DNA from: an uncultured Gemmatimonadaceae bacterium
GTDB taxonomy: Bacteria; Gemmatimonadota; Gemmatimonadetes; Gemmatimonadales; Gemmatimonadaceae
Length of the DNA stretch: 64,000 bases
Direction of reading: 5' to 3'
NCBI GenBank assembly: GCA_963790305.1
Contig: CAWBOC010000009.1
Coordinates: 928,001-992,000, forward strand
Shown: piece after piece, positions 49,946 to 64,000 of the stretch
How the letters are laid out: each line of letters starts with the position of its first letter
How positions within the stretch are numbered: the stretch's first letter is position 1
Translations under genes and position numbers: made by a program
The notes under the pieces: model-generated
Told to the model about the DNA's origin: nothing
What the model saw: only the letters and a program-made list of their open reading frames with translations
Database searches by the model: none

Positions 49946-52900
49946 ATGAAGAACTCGCTTCTCCTATCTCGAAGCCCTCGCCAACCGCGTCCTCATCTAT
50001 GACGGCGCGATGGGGACGAACATCCAGCGGTACAAGCTCACCGCGGAGGATTTCGGCGGGAAGGACCTCGAGGGATGCAACGACAACCTGGTGCTCACCC
50101 GTCCAGACGTCATCCGCGAGATCCACGAGTCCTTTCTCGCTGTGGGATGCGACGTCGTCGAAACGTGCACCTTCCAGAGCACCCCGCGCCGGCTCCACGA
50201 ATGGGGACTGGGCGACAAATTTCACGAGCTGAACGTGAAGGCCGCGCAGCTCGCCCGCGCCGCCGCCGACAAGTACGCGACCCCCGAACAGCCACGGTTC
50301 GTCGCCGGCTCCATCGGGCCGACGGGAATGTTGCCATCGAGCGACGACCCGACGCTCTCCGCGATCACCTTCGATGAGCTGAGCGAGAACTTCTATCGGC
50401 AGGCGAAGGCGCTCGTCGAAGGGGGCGTCGACGTGCTGCTCGTCGAGACGGCGCAGGACATCCTCGAGGTGAAGGCGGCGCTGGCAGGATTCGAGCGGCT
50501 CTTCGCGGAGATCGGCCGTCGCGTCGCCGTCCAGGCACAGGTAACGCTCGACACGAGCGGCCGCATGCTCCTCGGCACCGACATCGCCAGCGCGATGACG
50601 ACGCTCGAATCGCTCCCCGTCGACGTGATCGGGCTCAACTGCTCGACTGGTCCCGAGCACATGCGCGAGCCGGTACGGTACCTCACCGAGCACGCCACGC
50701 GTCCGATCTCGGTGATACCTAACGCGGGCCTTCCGATCAACACCGGCGTCGGCGAAGCGGTCTATCCGCTCGAGCCTGGGCCGATGGCGAAGGCGCTGAG
50801 TGAGTTCGTCTCGGAGTTCGGGGTCCGCATTGTGGGTGGTTGCTGCGGAACGACGCCGGAGCACCTGAAGGAGATCGTGGGCAGAATACGGAATGCGGAA
50901 GGCGGAACAAGGTCGACAACAACCATTCCGCATTCCGCCTCCCGCATTCCAAGGGTCTCCTCCGCGATGAGGGCCATCACTCTCCACCAGGATCCCCCGC
51001 CCCTCCTGGTTGGCGAGCGCGTGAACTCCCAGGGGTCGCGCAAGGTGAAGCGGCTGCTTCTCGCCGACGATTACGAAGGCATCGTCGGGGTGGCGCGCGA
51101 CCAGGTCGATTCGGGAGCGCACGTGCTCGACGTGTGCGTCGCGCTCACCGAACGGGCCGACGAAGCGGAGCAGATGGCGCGCGTCGTCAAGCTGCTCTCA
51201 TCGACCGTCGAGACGCCGCTCATGATCGACTCGACCGAGGCCAACGTCATCGAGGCGGCGCTGCAGCGCGTACCGGGTCGAGCGATCGTCAACTCCATCA
51301 ACATGGAGAACGGCCGCGCACGTATCGAGGCGGTGCTGCCCCTCGTGAAGAAATACGGCGCCGCCGTCGTCGCGCTCACGATCGACGAGATCGGCATGGC
51401 GAAGACGCGGCAGCGGAAGCTCGAGATCGCTCGGAAGATCCACGACATCGCCGTCGACGAGTACGGGCTGGCGCCGGAAGATCTCATCTTCGACGCGCTC
51501 ACCTTCACCCTCGCCACCGGCGACGCCGAGTGGATCGACTCGGCGACTGAGACGATCGAGGGCATTCGCCTCATCAAGCGCGAGCTGCCGGGCGTGCTCT
51601 GCATCCTCGGCGTCTCCAACGTGAGCTTCGGGCTGTCGCTCGAGGCGCGCTCGGTGCTGAACTCGGTGTTCCTGCATCACTGCGTGAGCGCTGGCCTGGA
51701 CGCCGCGATCGTCAACCCGGCGCACGTGACGCCGTACGCCGAGATCTCGGCGGAGGAGCGCGGGCTCGCCGACGATCTCGTGTTCAACCGCCGCGCCGAT
51801 GCGCTCCAGCGCTTCATCGGGCACTTCGACGTCGCCGGAAAGCGCGAGGGCGCGCAGGAAGCCGCCATCGACCCCACGGCGACGATGGCGCCTGACGAGC
51901 GGGTGCACTGGCAGGTGCTGCACCGCAAGAAGGAACGGATCGAGGAGGCACTCGACAACGCGGGCGTCCGGGAGAACCCGATTCGTGTGCTCAACGACGT
52001 CCTGCTGCCGGCGATGAAAGAGGTTGGCGACAAGTTCGGCGCGGGCGAGCTGATTCTTCCCTTCGTGCTGCAATCCGCCGAAGTCATGAAGAAGGCGGTG
52101 AAGCACCTCGAGCAGTTCCTCGAGCGCAAGGAAGGCTACACCAAGGGCAAGGTCGTGCTCGCGACCGTGTACGGCGACGTGCACGACATTGGGAAGTCGC
52201 TCGTCAACACGATCCTCTCCAACAACGGCTACACCGTCTTCGACCTCGGCAAGCAGGTCCCGGTCAACACGATCATCGACAAGGCGGTCGAGGTCGGCGC
52301 GGACGCCATCGGGCTCTCGGCGTTGCTCGTGTCGACGTCGAAGCAGATGCCGCTGTGCGTAAAGGAGCTCGACAAGCGCGGCCTCAAGTTCCCGGTCCTG
52401 ATCGGCGGCGCCGCGATCAATCGGCGCTTCGGGCGGCGCGCGCTCTTCGTCGACGGCGAGCGCGCGTACGAGCCGGGCGTCTTCTACTGCAAGGATGCAT
52501 TCGAGGGACTCTCGACGGTCGAGTCGATCGTGGATGAAGACCGGCGCCCCGATCTCGTGAAGCGCGTGATCGCCGAAGCACGGGAGGACGTCTTCCTGCG
52601 TACGCAAGTCGGCAAGGATCAGGCGGCGGGGGATGTCGTGGACAGGCGCAGCGATGTGCCCGCCGACAATCCCATTCCCGCGCCGCCGTTCTGGGGTACG
52701 CGCGTGTTGCGCGACATTCCCCTCGACGAGGTCTTCCGCCATCTCGACCTCGACGAGCTCTATCGCCTGCAGTGGGGCGGTCGTGGCTCGGGCGCCGAGT
52801 ACGACGCGACGGTGCGGGACGTCTTCAAGCCGACGCTGGATCGGCTGACCGAAGAAGCGACGCGCGAGGGATGGCTCGTGCCGCGCGCCGTGTACGGCTA

Positions 52901-53521
52901 TTTCCCGGTGCAGTCGAACGGCCGTGATTTGATCGTCTATGATCCCGCGGCGTATGGGAGCGATGGCGGCTCGCTGCGCGAGATCGCGCGCTTCAACTTC
53001 CCGCGTCAGGAAGGGCGCGAGCGTCTCTCGCTGGCAGACTATTTCCGATCGACCGAATCGGGCGACGTCGACGTCGCCGCGTTCCAGATCGTGACTGTCG
53101 GCGACGAGGCGACGCGTCGCTTCGAGGCCACCCAGGCACGCGGAGATTACAGCGAGGCATTCTTCGCGCACGGTCTGGCGGTGGAGACGGCCGAGGCGGT
53201 CGCGCAGTGGATGCACGCGCGCGTGCGGAAGGAGCTGGGACTCCCTGCCGGTCAGGGCAAGCGCTACTCGTGGGGTTATCCTGCCTGCCCGGATCTCGAG
53301 GGCCACGGCGAGCTGTTCAAGCTCCTGCCGGCCCGTGAAGCGTTAGGCATGAGCTACACGGAGTCGTTCCAGTTGCTCCCTGAGCAGAGCACCGCCGCGA
53401 TTGTCGTGCACCATCCCGCGGCCAAGTACTACGTCGTGAGGGCGAATGCGGAAAGCGGAATGCGGAACATAGAGGAAAATCCTTCCGCATTACGCCTTCC
53501 GAATTCGTCGGGGGTTGCGAC

Positions 53522-53525
<4 letters not shown>
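49946..53525 (+). CDS. metH: Cobalamin-dependent methionine synthase; apparent frameshift in the first codons (about 49955-49965)
   Basis: YLEALANRVLIYDGAMGT precedes the ORF start at 50010. GLNCSTG, GGCCGT, GERVN, DVHDIGK (B12-binding motif) and RYSWGYPACP are present. Confidence 0.95.
50883..50950. repeat. In-frame palindrome of 7-bp units (GGAATGC) inside metH
   Basis: agaatac ggaatgc ggaaggc ggaacaa ... cattccg cattccg cctcccg cattcc. Confidence 0.8.
53443..53507. repeat. Second in-frame GGAATGC palindrome at the metH 3' end
   Basis: cgaatgc ggaaagc ggaatgc ggaacat ... ccttcc gcattac gccttcc gaattcg. Confidence 0.8.
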
Positions 53526-55426
<1,901 letters not shown>

Positions 55427-55448
55427 CTCGGCCGCCCTTCAGGGCTAC

Positions 55449-55645
55449 CATCCAGGTTCAAAGTTGGGACGCGGATTACGCGGATGCAGCGGATTGGGCG
55501 GATCGTTCCTGGCGCTGAAAAGCTCTCCTCGCGCAGGAAAAAGCAACTGCTTTTTGCTCCTGTAGAGGAGAGATCGGGACACAAGGAGCAATCCGCCGAA
55601 TCCGCTGCATCCGCGTAATCCGCGTCCCACCTTTGAACCTGGATG
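55449..55645. repeat. MITE/REP-like nested palindrome with 9-bp units (GCGGATTAC-like)
   Basis: About 55-bp arms CATCCAGGTTCAAAG..GGGACGCGGATTACGCGGATGCAGCGGAT and its reverse complement, enclosing an inner hairpin. Confidence 0.85.
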
Positions 55646-55703
55646 CCCGAGTGCTGTTGCCGGGGCCAACGTTCGCCCGCGACGAAACTATCTTCGAACG
55701 CGT

Positions 55704-56081
55704 ATGAAAGCCATCCTCCTGATCGACCACGGCTCGGTTCGCCAGGAAGCGAACGACATGCTCGAGAGCGTCGCGGCGCTGGTGAGACAGATCGCCGGCC
55801 CCGGCGTCGTGGTGCAGGCGGCGCACATGGAGCTCGGCAAGCCCACGATCGCCAGCGGGTTTCGCCACTGCGTCGAGGAAGGCGCGACGGAAGTGATCGC
55901 GTTTCCCTATATGCTGTCGCCCGGGAAGCACTCCACGCGCGACATCCCGCGACTCGTCGCGGAAGCGGCTGCGGCCTTCCCGGACGTGACCTATCGCGTG
56001 ACCGACGCGTTCGGCGTCCACGAGAAGCTCGCCGAGGTGGTTCTCGAGCGCACGGGTGTGGTGACCCCAGCGCACGCATGA
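55704..56081 (+). CDS. Small CbiX/SirB-family chelatase
   Basis: DHGS, AHMEL..PTI and PYMLSPGKH..RDIP. Confidence 0.85.
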   Translation: MKAILLIDHGSVRQEANDMLESVAALVRQIAGPGVVVQAAHMELGKPTIASGFRHCVEEGATEVIAFPYMLSPGKHSTRDIPRLVAEAAAAFPDVTYRVTDAFGVHEKLAEVVLERTGVVTPAHA

Positions 56082-57245
56082 GCACCGAGGTCGACAGCCG
56101 GCACACCCCACTCACCATTCTCTCGGAAGAAGAAGTCATGTTCCGCGACGCGGTGGCCGCGTTCGCGGAGGAAGAGGTGCGGCCGCGCGTGCACGCGATG
56201 GATCAGGCGGCCAAGCTCGATTCCGACCTCATCCCCAAGTTCTTCGAGCTCGGCCTCATGGGCATCGAGGTTCCCGAAGACCTGGGTGGCGCCGGCGGCT
56301 CGCTCCTCATGGTCACGCTCGCGGTCGAGGCGATCAGCCGCGTCGACGCCTCGTCGTCGATCATGGTCGACGTCCAGAACACACTCGCGAACTATCCGAT
56401 TCTCCGCTACGGCACCGATGACCAGCGGTCGCGGTACCTCCCGCGCCTAACGTCGGACACGGTCGGGGCCTACGCGCTCTCAGAGCCGGGCTCGGGATCG
56501 GACGCCTTCGGCATGGCGTCGCGCGCGACCAAGAAGGGCGACCGGTGGATCCTCGACGGCCGCAAGATGTGGATCACCAACGGCGCCGAAGCTGGCATCT
56601 ACATCGTCTTCGCGAACGCGAATCCATCGGCCGGGTACAAGGGGATCACGGCGTTCATCGTCGAGCGCGAGTTTCCCGGCTTCTCGGTCGGGAAGAAGGA
56701 AGACAAGCTCGGCATTCGCGCCTCGAGCACGACGGAGCTCATCCTCGACGGATGCGAAGTGCCCGAGGAGAACCTCCTCGGAACGCAGGGCCAGGGGTAC
56801 AAGATCGCGATCGAGACCCTCAACGAGGGCCGGATCGGGATCGGCGCGCAGATGATCGGCGTCTCACGCGGCGCGCTCGACGCCGCAATCGCGCTACGTG
56901 CAGGAGCGCAAACAGTTCGGAAAGTCGATCGCCGAATTCCAGGCGGTGCAATTCCAGATCGCGCAGGCGGCGACGGAGCTCGAGGCGGCGCGCCTCATGG
57001 TCTACAACGCCTCGAGACTAAAGGATGGTGGTCATGCGTTCACCGCTGAGGCCGCCATGGCGAAGCTCTTCTCGTCGCAGGTGGCGGAGCGGGTGACGTC
57101 GTTGTGCGTAGAGCTCTTCGGTGGGTACGGGTACACGAAAGAATATCCTGTCGAGAAATTCTATCGCGACGCCAAGATCGGAACGATTTACGAAGGCACC
57201 TCCAACATGCAGCTGCAGACCATCGCCAAGCTGCTTCTGAAGTGA
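56078..57245 (+). CDS. Acyl-CoA dehydrogenase (short/branched-chain-like), apparent frameshift near 56890
   Basis: [31 protein letters not shown], then RKQFG, GGYGY and IYEGTSN. Confidence 0.9.
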
Positions 57246-57259
57246 AGATCAACTTCCGC

Positions 57260-57358
57260 AGACGTCAGGTCTCAGACGTCAGGTGTCAGAGTTCAGAAAG
57301 GGCACTTTGCAGTTGAGGTTTCTGACTACTGATTCCTGATGTCTGATCCCTGACGTCT
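57260..57358. repeat. Imperfect palindrome of 7-bp units (xxxTCAG / CTGAxxx)
   Basis: agacgtc aggtctc agacgtc aggtgtc agagttc aga ... tctga ctactga ttcctga tgtctga tccctga cgtct. Confidence 0.75.
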
Positions 57359-57381
57359 TCGGGTTTTAACCTGAGCCAACC

Positions 57382-58889
57382 ATGCGCCTCTTAACGCTGT
57401 TCGCCGCCTTGACGGTCGTTCTGCCCGGATCTGTCCACGGGCAGATCTCGAGACAAGAGTATGCCGCCCGTCGCGACTCGCTGATATCAAAGGTCGGAGA
57501 CGGCGCTCTCGTCGTGTTCGGCGCCCGCGAGCCGCAGAAGGATTATCTCTCCTTCTTCCAGGAGCCGAACTTCCTCTACCTCACCGGCGTGCGCGAGCCG
57601 AATGCGGCGCTGGTGATCGTGAAGCGCGGCGGGCGCGCCACGGGAACGATCTTCGTGCAGCCCAACAACCCCGCGGCCGAGGTGTGGACGGGGGCGCGGA
57701 TGGGACTCGACACGGCCAGGGCACGCACCGGGTTGGCCTCCCGGGCATCGGAGGAATCTGATGCCCGTCATCGACTCCCTCGCTGGCGTCGTGCGGACGA
57801 TCTACGTCATCGGCGAGTTCTCGGAGGACGAGGATCCCCTCGAGCCGAGCGAGCAGGGGATGTCGTTCGATCAGGAAGTGATGCGCGCGATCGCTGGGCG
57901 TCATGACTCGCTGGCGTTGAGCAACCTGACGCCGGCCGTGCTCCGTCTTCGCGCCAAGAAGTCGCCGGCCGAGCTCGAGCTCATTCGCACCGCGGTCAAC
58001 ATCACCGTCGAGGCGCATCGTCAGGCATTCCAGGCGATCGAGCCCGACATGAACGAGTTCGAGGTGCAGGGGCTCATCGAGTACATGTTCCGGCGCAACG
58101 GCGCCGACCGTCCGTCGTTCGCGACGATCGTCGGCTCGGGCCCGAACTCGACGACGCTGCACTACAACGCCGACGATCGCTTCATGCGCGCCGGCGACGT
58201 CGTGGTGATGGACATCGGCGCCTCATATCGGGGCTATGCCGCCGACGTCACGCGCACCGTCCCCGTGTCCGGCACTTTCACCGCCGAGCAGCGCGCGATC
58301 TACCAGCTCGTGCGCGACGCGCAGGCAGCGGCCGAGAAGGCGGCGACGCCGGGCGCCTCGTTCGGATCGATGTCGCAGGCGGCCTCCGAGACGGTCGAGC
58401 GCGGCCTCGCCCGGCTCGGTCTCATCGAGGCGGTGGGCGCGGTGGTCGAAGGGGGCGAAGCGTTATGCGGTCAGGAGGGCGCGACGTGCCCGCAGTGGAC
58501 GATGTACTACATGCACGGCCTGGGGCACGGCATCGGCCTCGACGTGCATGATCCCGAGCAGGCGTACTACCAGGGCGGCCGGATCAACGTTGGCAGCGCG
58601 TTCACCATTGAGCCGGGCGTCTACGTCCGCTCGAAGCTCCTCTCGATCATCCCCAACACCCCGAAGAACCGCGCGATGATCGCGAAGATCCGCCCCGCCG
58701 TCGAGCGCTACGCGAACATAGGGGTCAGGATAGAAGATGATTACATCATCACGGCGCAACGGCGTCGAGTGGATCTCTCGAGCCCCTCGAGAGATCAGTG
58801 AAGTCGAGGCGCTGATGGCGCAGAGGTGGGCGGGGGTGCCCGCTCGTAATGCGGAGCTGGTCAGAAATACGAGAAGACAGGGTCAGTAG
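57382..58889 (+). CDS. Secreted Xaa-Pro aminopeptidase (M24B), apparent frameshifts near 57750 and 58760
   Basis: Signal peptide; AMP_N-like FLYLTG; LHY, DIGA..GYAADVTRT, HGLGHGIGLDVHD, TIEPG and GVRIEDD. A tail GVEWIS..PREI.EVE lies in a shifted frame ending at TAG 58889. Confidence 0.85.
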
Positions 58890-58998
58890 ACGGCAGAGGC
58901 AGAATTCAGAATCAGATTCAGATCAGGAACGCGCGGGGAGCGATACTGGCTCCCCGTTGGTTTTCTGATTCTGATTGATCTGAATCTGCCTCTGCCGT
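58890..58998. repeat. Palindrome of about 6-bp units (GGCAGA/TTCAGA) between convergent genes
   Basis: ACGGCAGAGGCAGAATTCAGAATCAGATTCAGA ... TCTGATTCTGATTGATCTGAATCTGCCTCTGCCGT. Confidence 0.75.
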
Positions 58999-59603
58999 TA
59001 CGGACTTGATCCCCAACCCTCGAGAGCCTTGACGTCAGCCTCCAGCTGTGTCTTGAGCTGGCTGAGAAGCTGCTTCACCGCCTCCGGCCTCGTCTCCACA
59101 CCGAGCGCGTCATCGATCTCGTCGATCAGCTCTTTTCGCGTCTCGACGGCCTGATCGATGTAGATCTCATCGAAGTCCGACCCCGCGCGCTGGCGCATCA
59201 GGGCCATCGCGTCCGCATGGCCTTCGACGGGATCCAGGTCCGGCAGCACCGGCGCCACGCCCAGTCGCTGGGCAGTCGCGATCACCGCGCGGCGCGATGC
59301 CGCATTTTGCGTCACCGCCCGTGAGGCAAATTGCCGTACCTGCTCGCTGTCGGTGCGGTCCATCGCCAGCTGGTCGGCTTCCAGCATCGCGTCGTAGGTC
59401 GTGTCGAGCAGCGCGATAATGTTCTCATCGGTGAGCAGGGCGGCCACCGAGCGCGCCGTCGTCGCCGGCGCCGTGTCCACGACGCCCGCGGTCGTGTCGG
59501 CAAGGGTCCCGCGGTCTTCCTCGGTCCGGTCGCATGCGCTCATCACCAGTGTGCCCGTGAGCGCCAGCGTCATCGCCAGCCCGTTCGATTGAATGCGCGT
59601 CAT
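58998..59603 (-). CDS. DUF4142 domain lipoprotein
   Basis: Lipobox MSAC; LTDENI.A, V.QFA and G.DFD..YI pattern. Confidence 0.7.
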   Translation of the reverse strand: MTRIQSNGLAMTLALTGTLVMSACDRTEEDRGTLADTTAGVVDTAPATTARSVAALLTDENIIALLDTTYDAMLEADQLAMDRTDSEQVRQFASRAVTQNAASRRAVIATAQRLGVAPVLPDLDPVEGHADAMALMRQRAGSDFDEIYIDQAVETRKELIDEIDDALGVETRPEAVKQLLSQLKTQLEADVKALEGWGSSP

Positions 59604-59644
59604 CGTTCGCTCCTGTTGGATGCCGCGTGAGGCAAAAAACGTGC

Positions 59645-59729
59645 AGAGGCGCTAGAGGCGCTAGAAGCGCTGAACGCGCTCGCGCTAGCGTCTAGCGCCT
59701 CTAGCGCCTCTAGCGCCTCTAGCGCCTCT
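59645..59729. repeat. Palindrome of 9-bp units (AGAGGCGCT)
   Basis: (AGAGGCGCT)x2 AGAAGCGCT ... (AGCGCCTCT)x4; abuts the M61 stop codon. Confidence 0.85.
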
Positions 59730-61531
59730 AGTTTCCAACCGTCCCCCTCAATATCCCCGACCTAATGCGTGCCGCCTTCGCACTCGCCCCCGACACCGCC
59801 TCCATTCGCATCTCCACCCTCGCCGCCATCCGCACTCGCGTCTGCAGCGTCAGGTCCTGCTCGCCACGCTTCACCTTGATCTCGAGCGGTGCGCCCTCGC
59901 GCGAGCCGAATTGCTGCCGAAAACGCTGACCAAAGGTCTGGTCCTCGATCGGGATGTTTCCGATCGAGATCAGCAGTCGCCTTCGCGAACGCCCGCTTCC
60001 CCAGCCGCACTGGTCGGGTCGACCGCGCTCACGACGACGCCGCCACTCTCGCCCGCCACGGTGCTGATCCCCAGGCGCGGCTCTCGAATCGTGTCGTTCA
60101 CGAGTCGCATGCCACCGAGTGCCAGCGTCGCCTCCCATGGGAAGGGCTCGCGGCCGTCGATGTACCGCTCGCTGAAATCGGCGAAGGATTTGCCGCCCGC
60201 CACCTGCGTCACGACGCGCCACCAATCCGCGTTCGTGAATCCCTTGCCGCGTTTGAACGACTCGGCATACACCTGTGCCATGACGTCGTCGAGCGACCGG
60301 CGGTTGTCGGTCGCATCGCGGATCATGATGTCGAGCAGGAATCCCGCGAGTGAGCCCTTCGGATAGTAAATGTATCCCGTCCCGTCAGTCGGATGCACCC
60401 AGGTCGAGAGCGATGCGTCCTCCAGCGCGACCGGACGCAGCTCCGTCGACCTCGGTGATCTTGCCGGCGGTGACACCGAAGAACCCGGCCGAATCGATCA
60501 GCCCGCCGCGCACCATCGAGAGGTCGGCGTAGTAGTCGGTGATCCCCTCGCTCACCCAGAGCAACGGCGTCGGCGCCTCATCATCGTAGCGATACGGCCA
60601 CAGCTCGGCGGGACGCATGCGCTTGACGTTCCAGGCGTGGAAAACCTCGTGCGCGTACAGCGAGGCGAGGAACGGATTGCCGATCGCGAACGGCGTCACG
60701 ATGTCGATGTGCGAATTCTGGTGCTCGAGCCCGCTCGCTCCGCCGTACGAGGAGTCGGCGATCTGCATGACGGTGTACGTTCGGAACGGCGTCTCCTTGA
60801 ACACCGCGACCTGCGGCGGGATCATGCGCTTGAGCCAGTCCCACGCCATGGTCCGCGCTTCTCCGCTGACGCTGCCCGCCGGATACGTCGCGAGGCGCAC
60901 CCACGTGTCGGAGATCCGGGTGCTGTCGAGGTCGAACCGGCCGACGAAGAAGGGCATGTCGACCAGGTCGTGATAGTTAGGCGCCGTGTACGTCTTGGGC
61001 TGCGGGGCCGACGTCATCCCCGTCGCCACGATCCAGCTCGCCGGCGCCTCGACGCGAACGGTCGCCGCGAAATTGAAGCCGCGCCCCTCCGGATAGAGGA
61101 AGACCGTCGTCCCGTTGAACATCGCGAAGTCGGGCCGCGCCCACGCCATGGCGTTGTCGAGCGTATCGGCCAGCACGTCGAAGGTGACCGTCACCCGCCG
61201 CCCATTGGCGCCGTGTACCCGCCAGGTGTCGTGATCGCTCTTGTCCCAGTCGAGCGTCGCGGTCCCGGCGACCGCGGCAAAGTTCGAGACGTACCGGGCA
61301 AAGTTGGAGATCTCGTACGCCCCCGGGCGTCCAGGCCGGCATGGAGAGAATGACGGGCGTATTCCCCGTCGTCGCGAAGCGCATGGCGACGCGAATGGTG
61401 TGCGCGGCGCCGAGCTGGGAGTCGACGGTGACGGTGTACTGGATGTCGGAGATCGGGGCCGAGGCGGGTGGCTGAGCTGTGAGAGAAGCGAACGGGAGGA
61501 CGAGCGCGGCCGCTAGGGCGTAGGATCTCAT
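59728..61531 (-). CDS. M61 glycyl aminopeptidase with C-terminal PDZ domain, several apparent frameshifts
   Basis: Signal peptide; MPAWTPG, GLEH.NS, HEVFHAWNVKR, LWVSEG.T.YY, YYPKG and PDZ-like LGI...SAAG.AG.R.GD. Confidence 0.85.
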
Positions 61532-61637
61532 GTGTCGGGCGAATTGGAGGTGTGCCGCCGGTGCTGCTCCAAGCAAAGTCTAGCGGGCGCGCGGTGGGCG
61601 GGGAACGGGCGGCCACTCCCGCAAGGATCAAACTGCC

Positions 61638-61727
61638 TTTACCACAGAGGCACAGAGGGCACAGAGGACGGCAAACTGCAGCGCTGCAGTTTGCCGTCCT
61701 CTGTGCCCTCTGTGCCTCTGTGGTAAA
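61638..61727. repeat. Perfect 90-bp palindrome with 8-9-bp CACAGAGG(G) units
   Basis: TTTACCACAGAGGCACAGAGGGCACAGAGGACGGCAAACTGCAGC followed immediately by its exact reverse complement. Confidence 0.9.
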
Positions 61728-61822
61728 GCAGTTGGGCTCGTCGCGCCACGAGACCAGGGTGGCGCAGTTCCTGCCAATTATGCCTTGTGCGCCATCGGCG
61801 GCGCGACGCATTCAGCGAATCA

Positions 61823-64000
<2,178 letters not shown>

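Noticed and set aside
51198..53306. Long antisense ORFs (for example 51198..53306, 38575..40413, 46737..48515, 61841..63019, 42872..44344)
   Set aside because: These are shadow frames of high-GC genes that have clear family motifs on the opposite strand.

Overview
GC-rich bacterial window; gene content and style suggest Gemmatimonadota, but this is an inference. The many single-base frameshifts look like long-read or MAG consensus errors. Bases 1-45.8 kb are a large surface-polysaccharide locus of the exosortase-A/PEP-CTERM-associated type. It encodes VanZ, three polysaccharide deacetylases, FemAB-like and CelD/BcsL-like GNATs, AsnB, GT2, GT4, a Wzy/O-antigen-ligase-like protein, a Wzx flippase, four SGNH proteins, two membrane acyltransferases and a DegT-like aminotransferase. 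Embedded in it is a thioesterase-less hybrid NRPS-PKS line with its own PPTase and two exosortase-associated-type alpha/beta hydrolases. The NRPS is C*-A*-T-C-A[luciferase-like monooxygenase insert]-T and the PKS is KS-AT-KR[DH insert]-Asub-T. Two paralogous Ig-like repeat surface lipoproteins in the locus each sit behind a c-di-GMP-I riboswitch. Bases 46-64 kb are housekeeping genes: YceI, aldehyde dehydrogenase, YggT, YggU, SAM-II riboswitch with metH and a yitJ-like gene, CbiX-like chelatase, acyl-CoA dehydrogenase, aminopeptidase P, DUF4142, M61 peptidase and a hybrid histidine kinase. This part carries eight palindromes built from 6-9 bp tandem units, two of them in frame inside metH. The best candidate for an undescribed system is the NRPS-PKS line as a polysaccharide-decorating assembly line.
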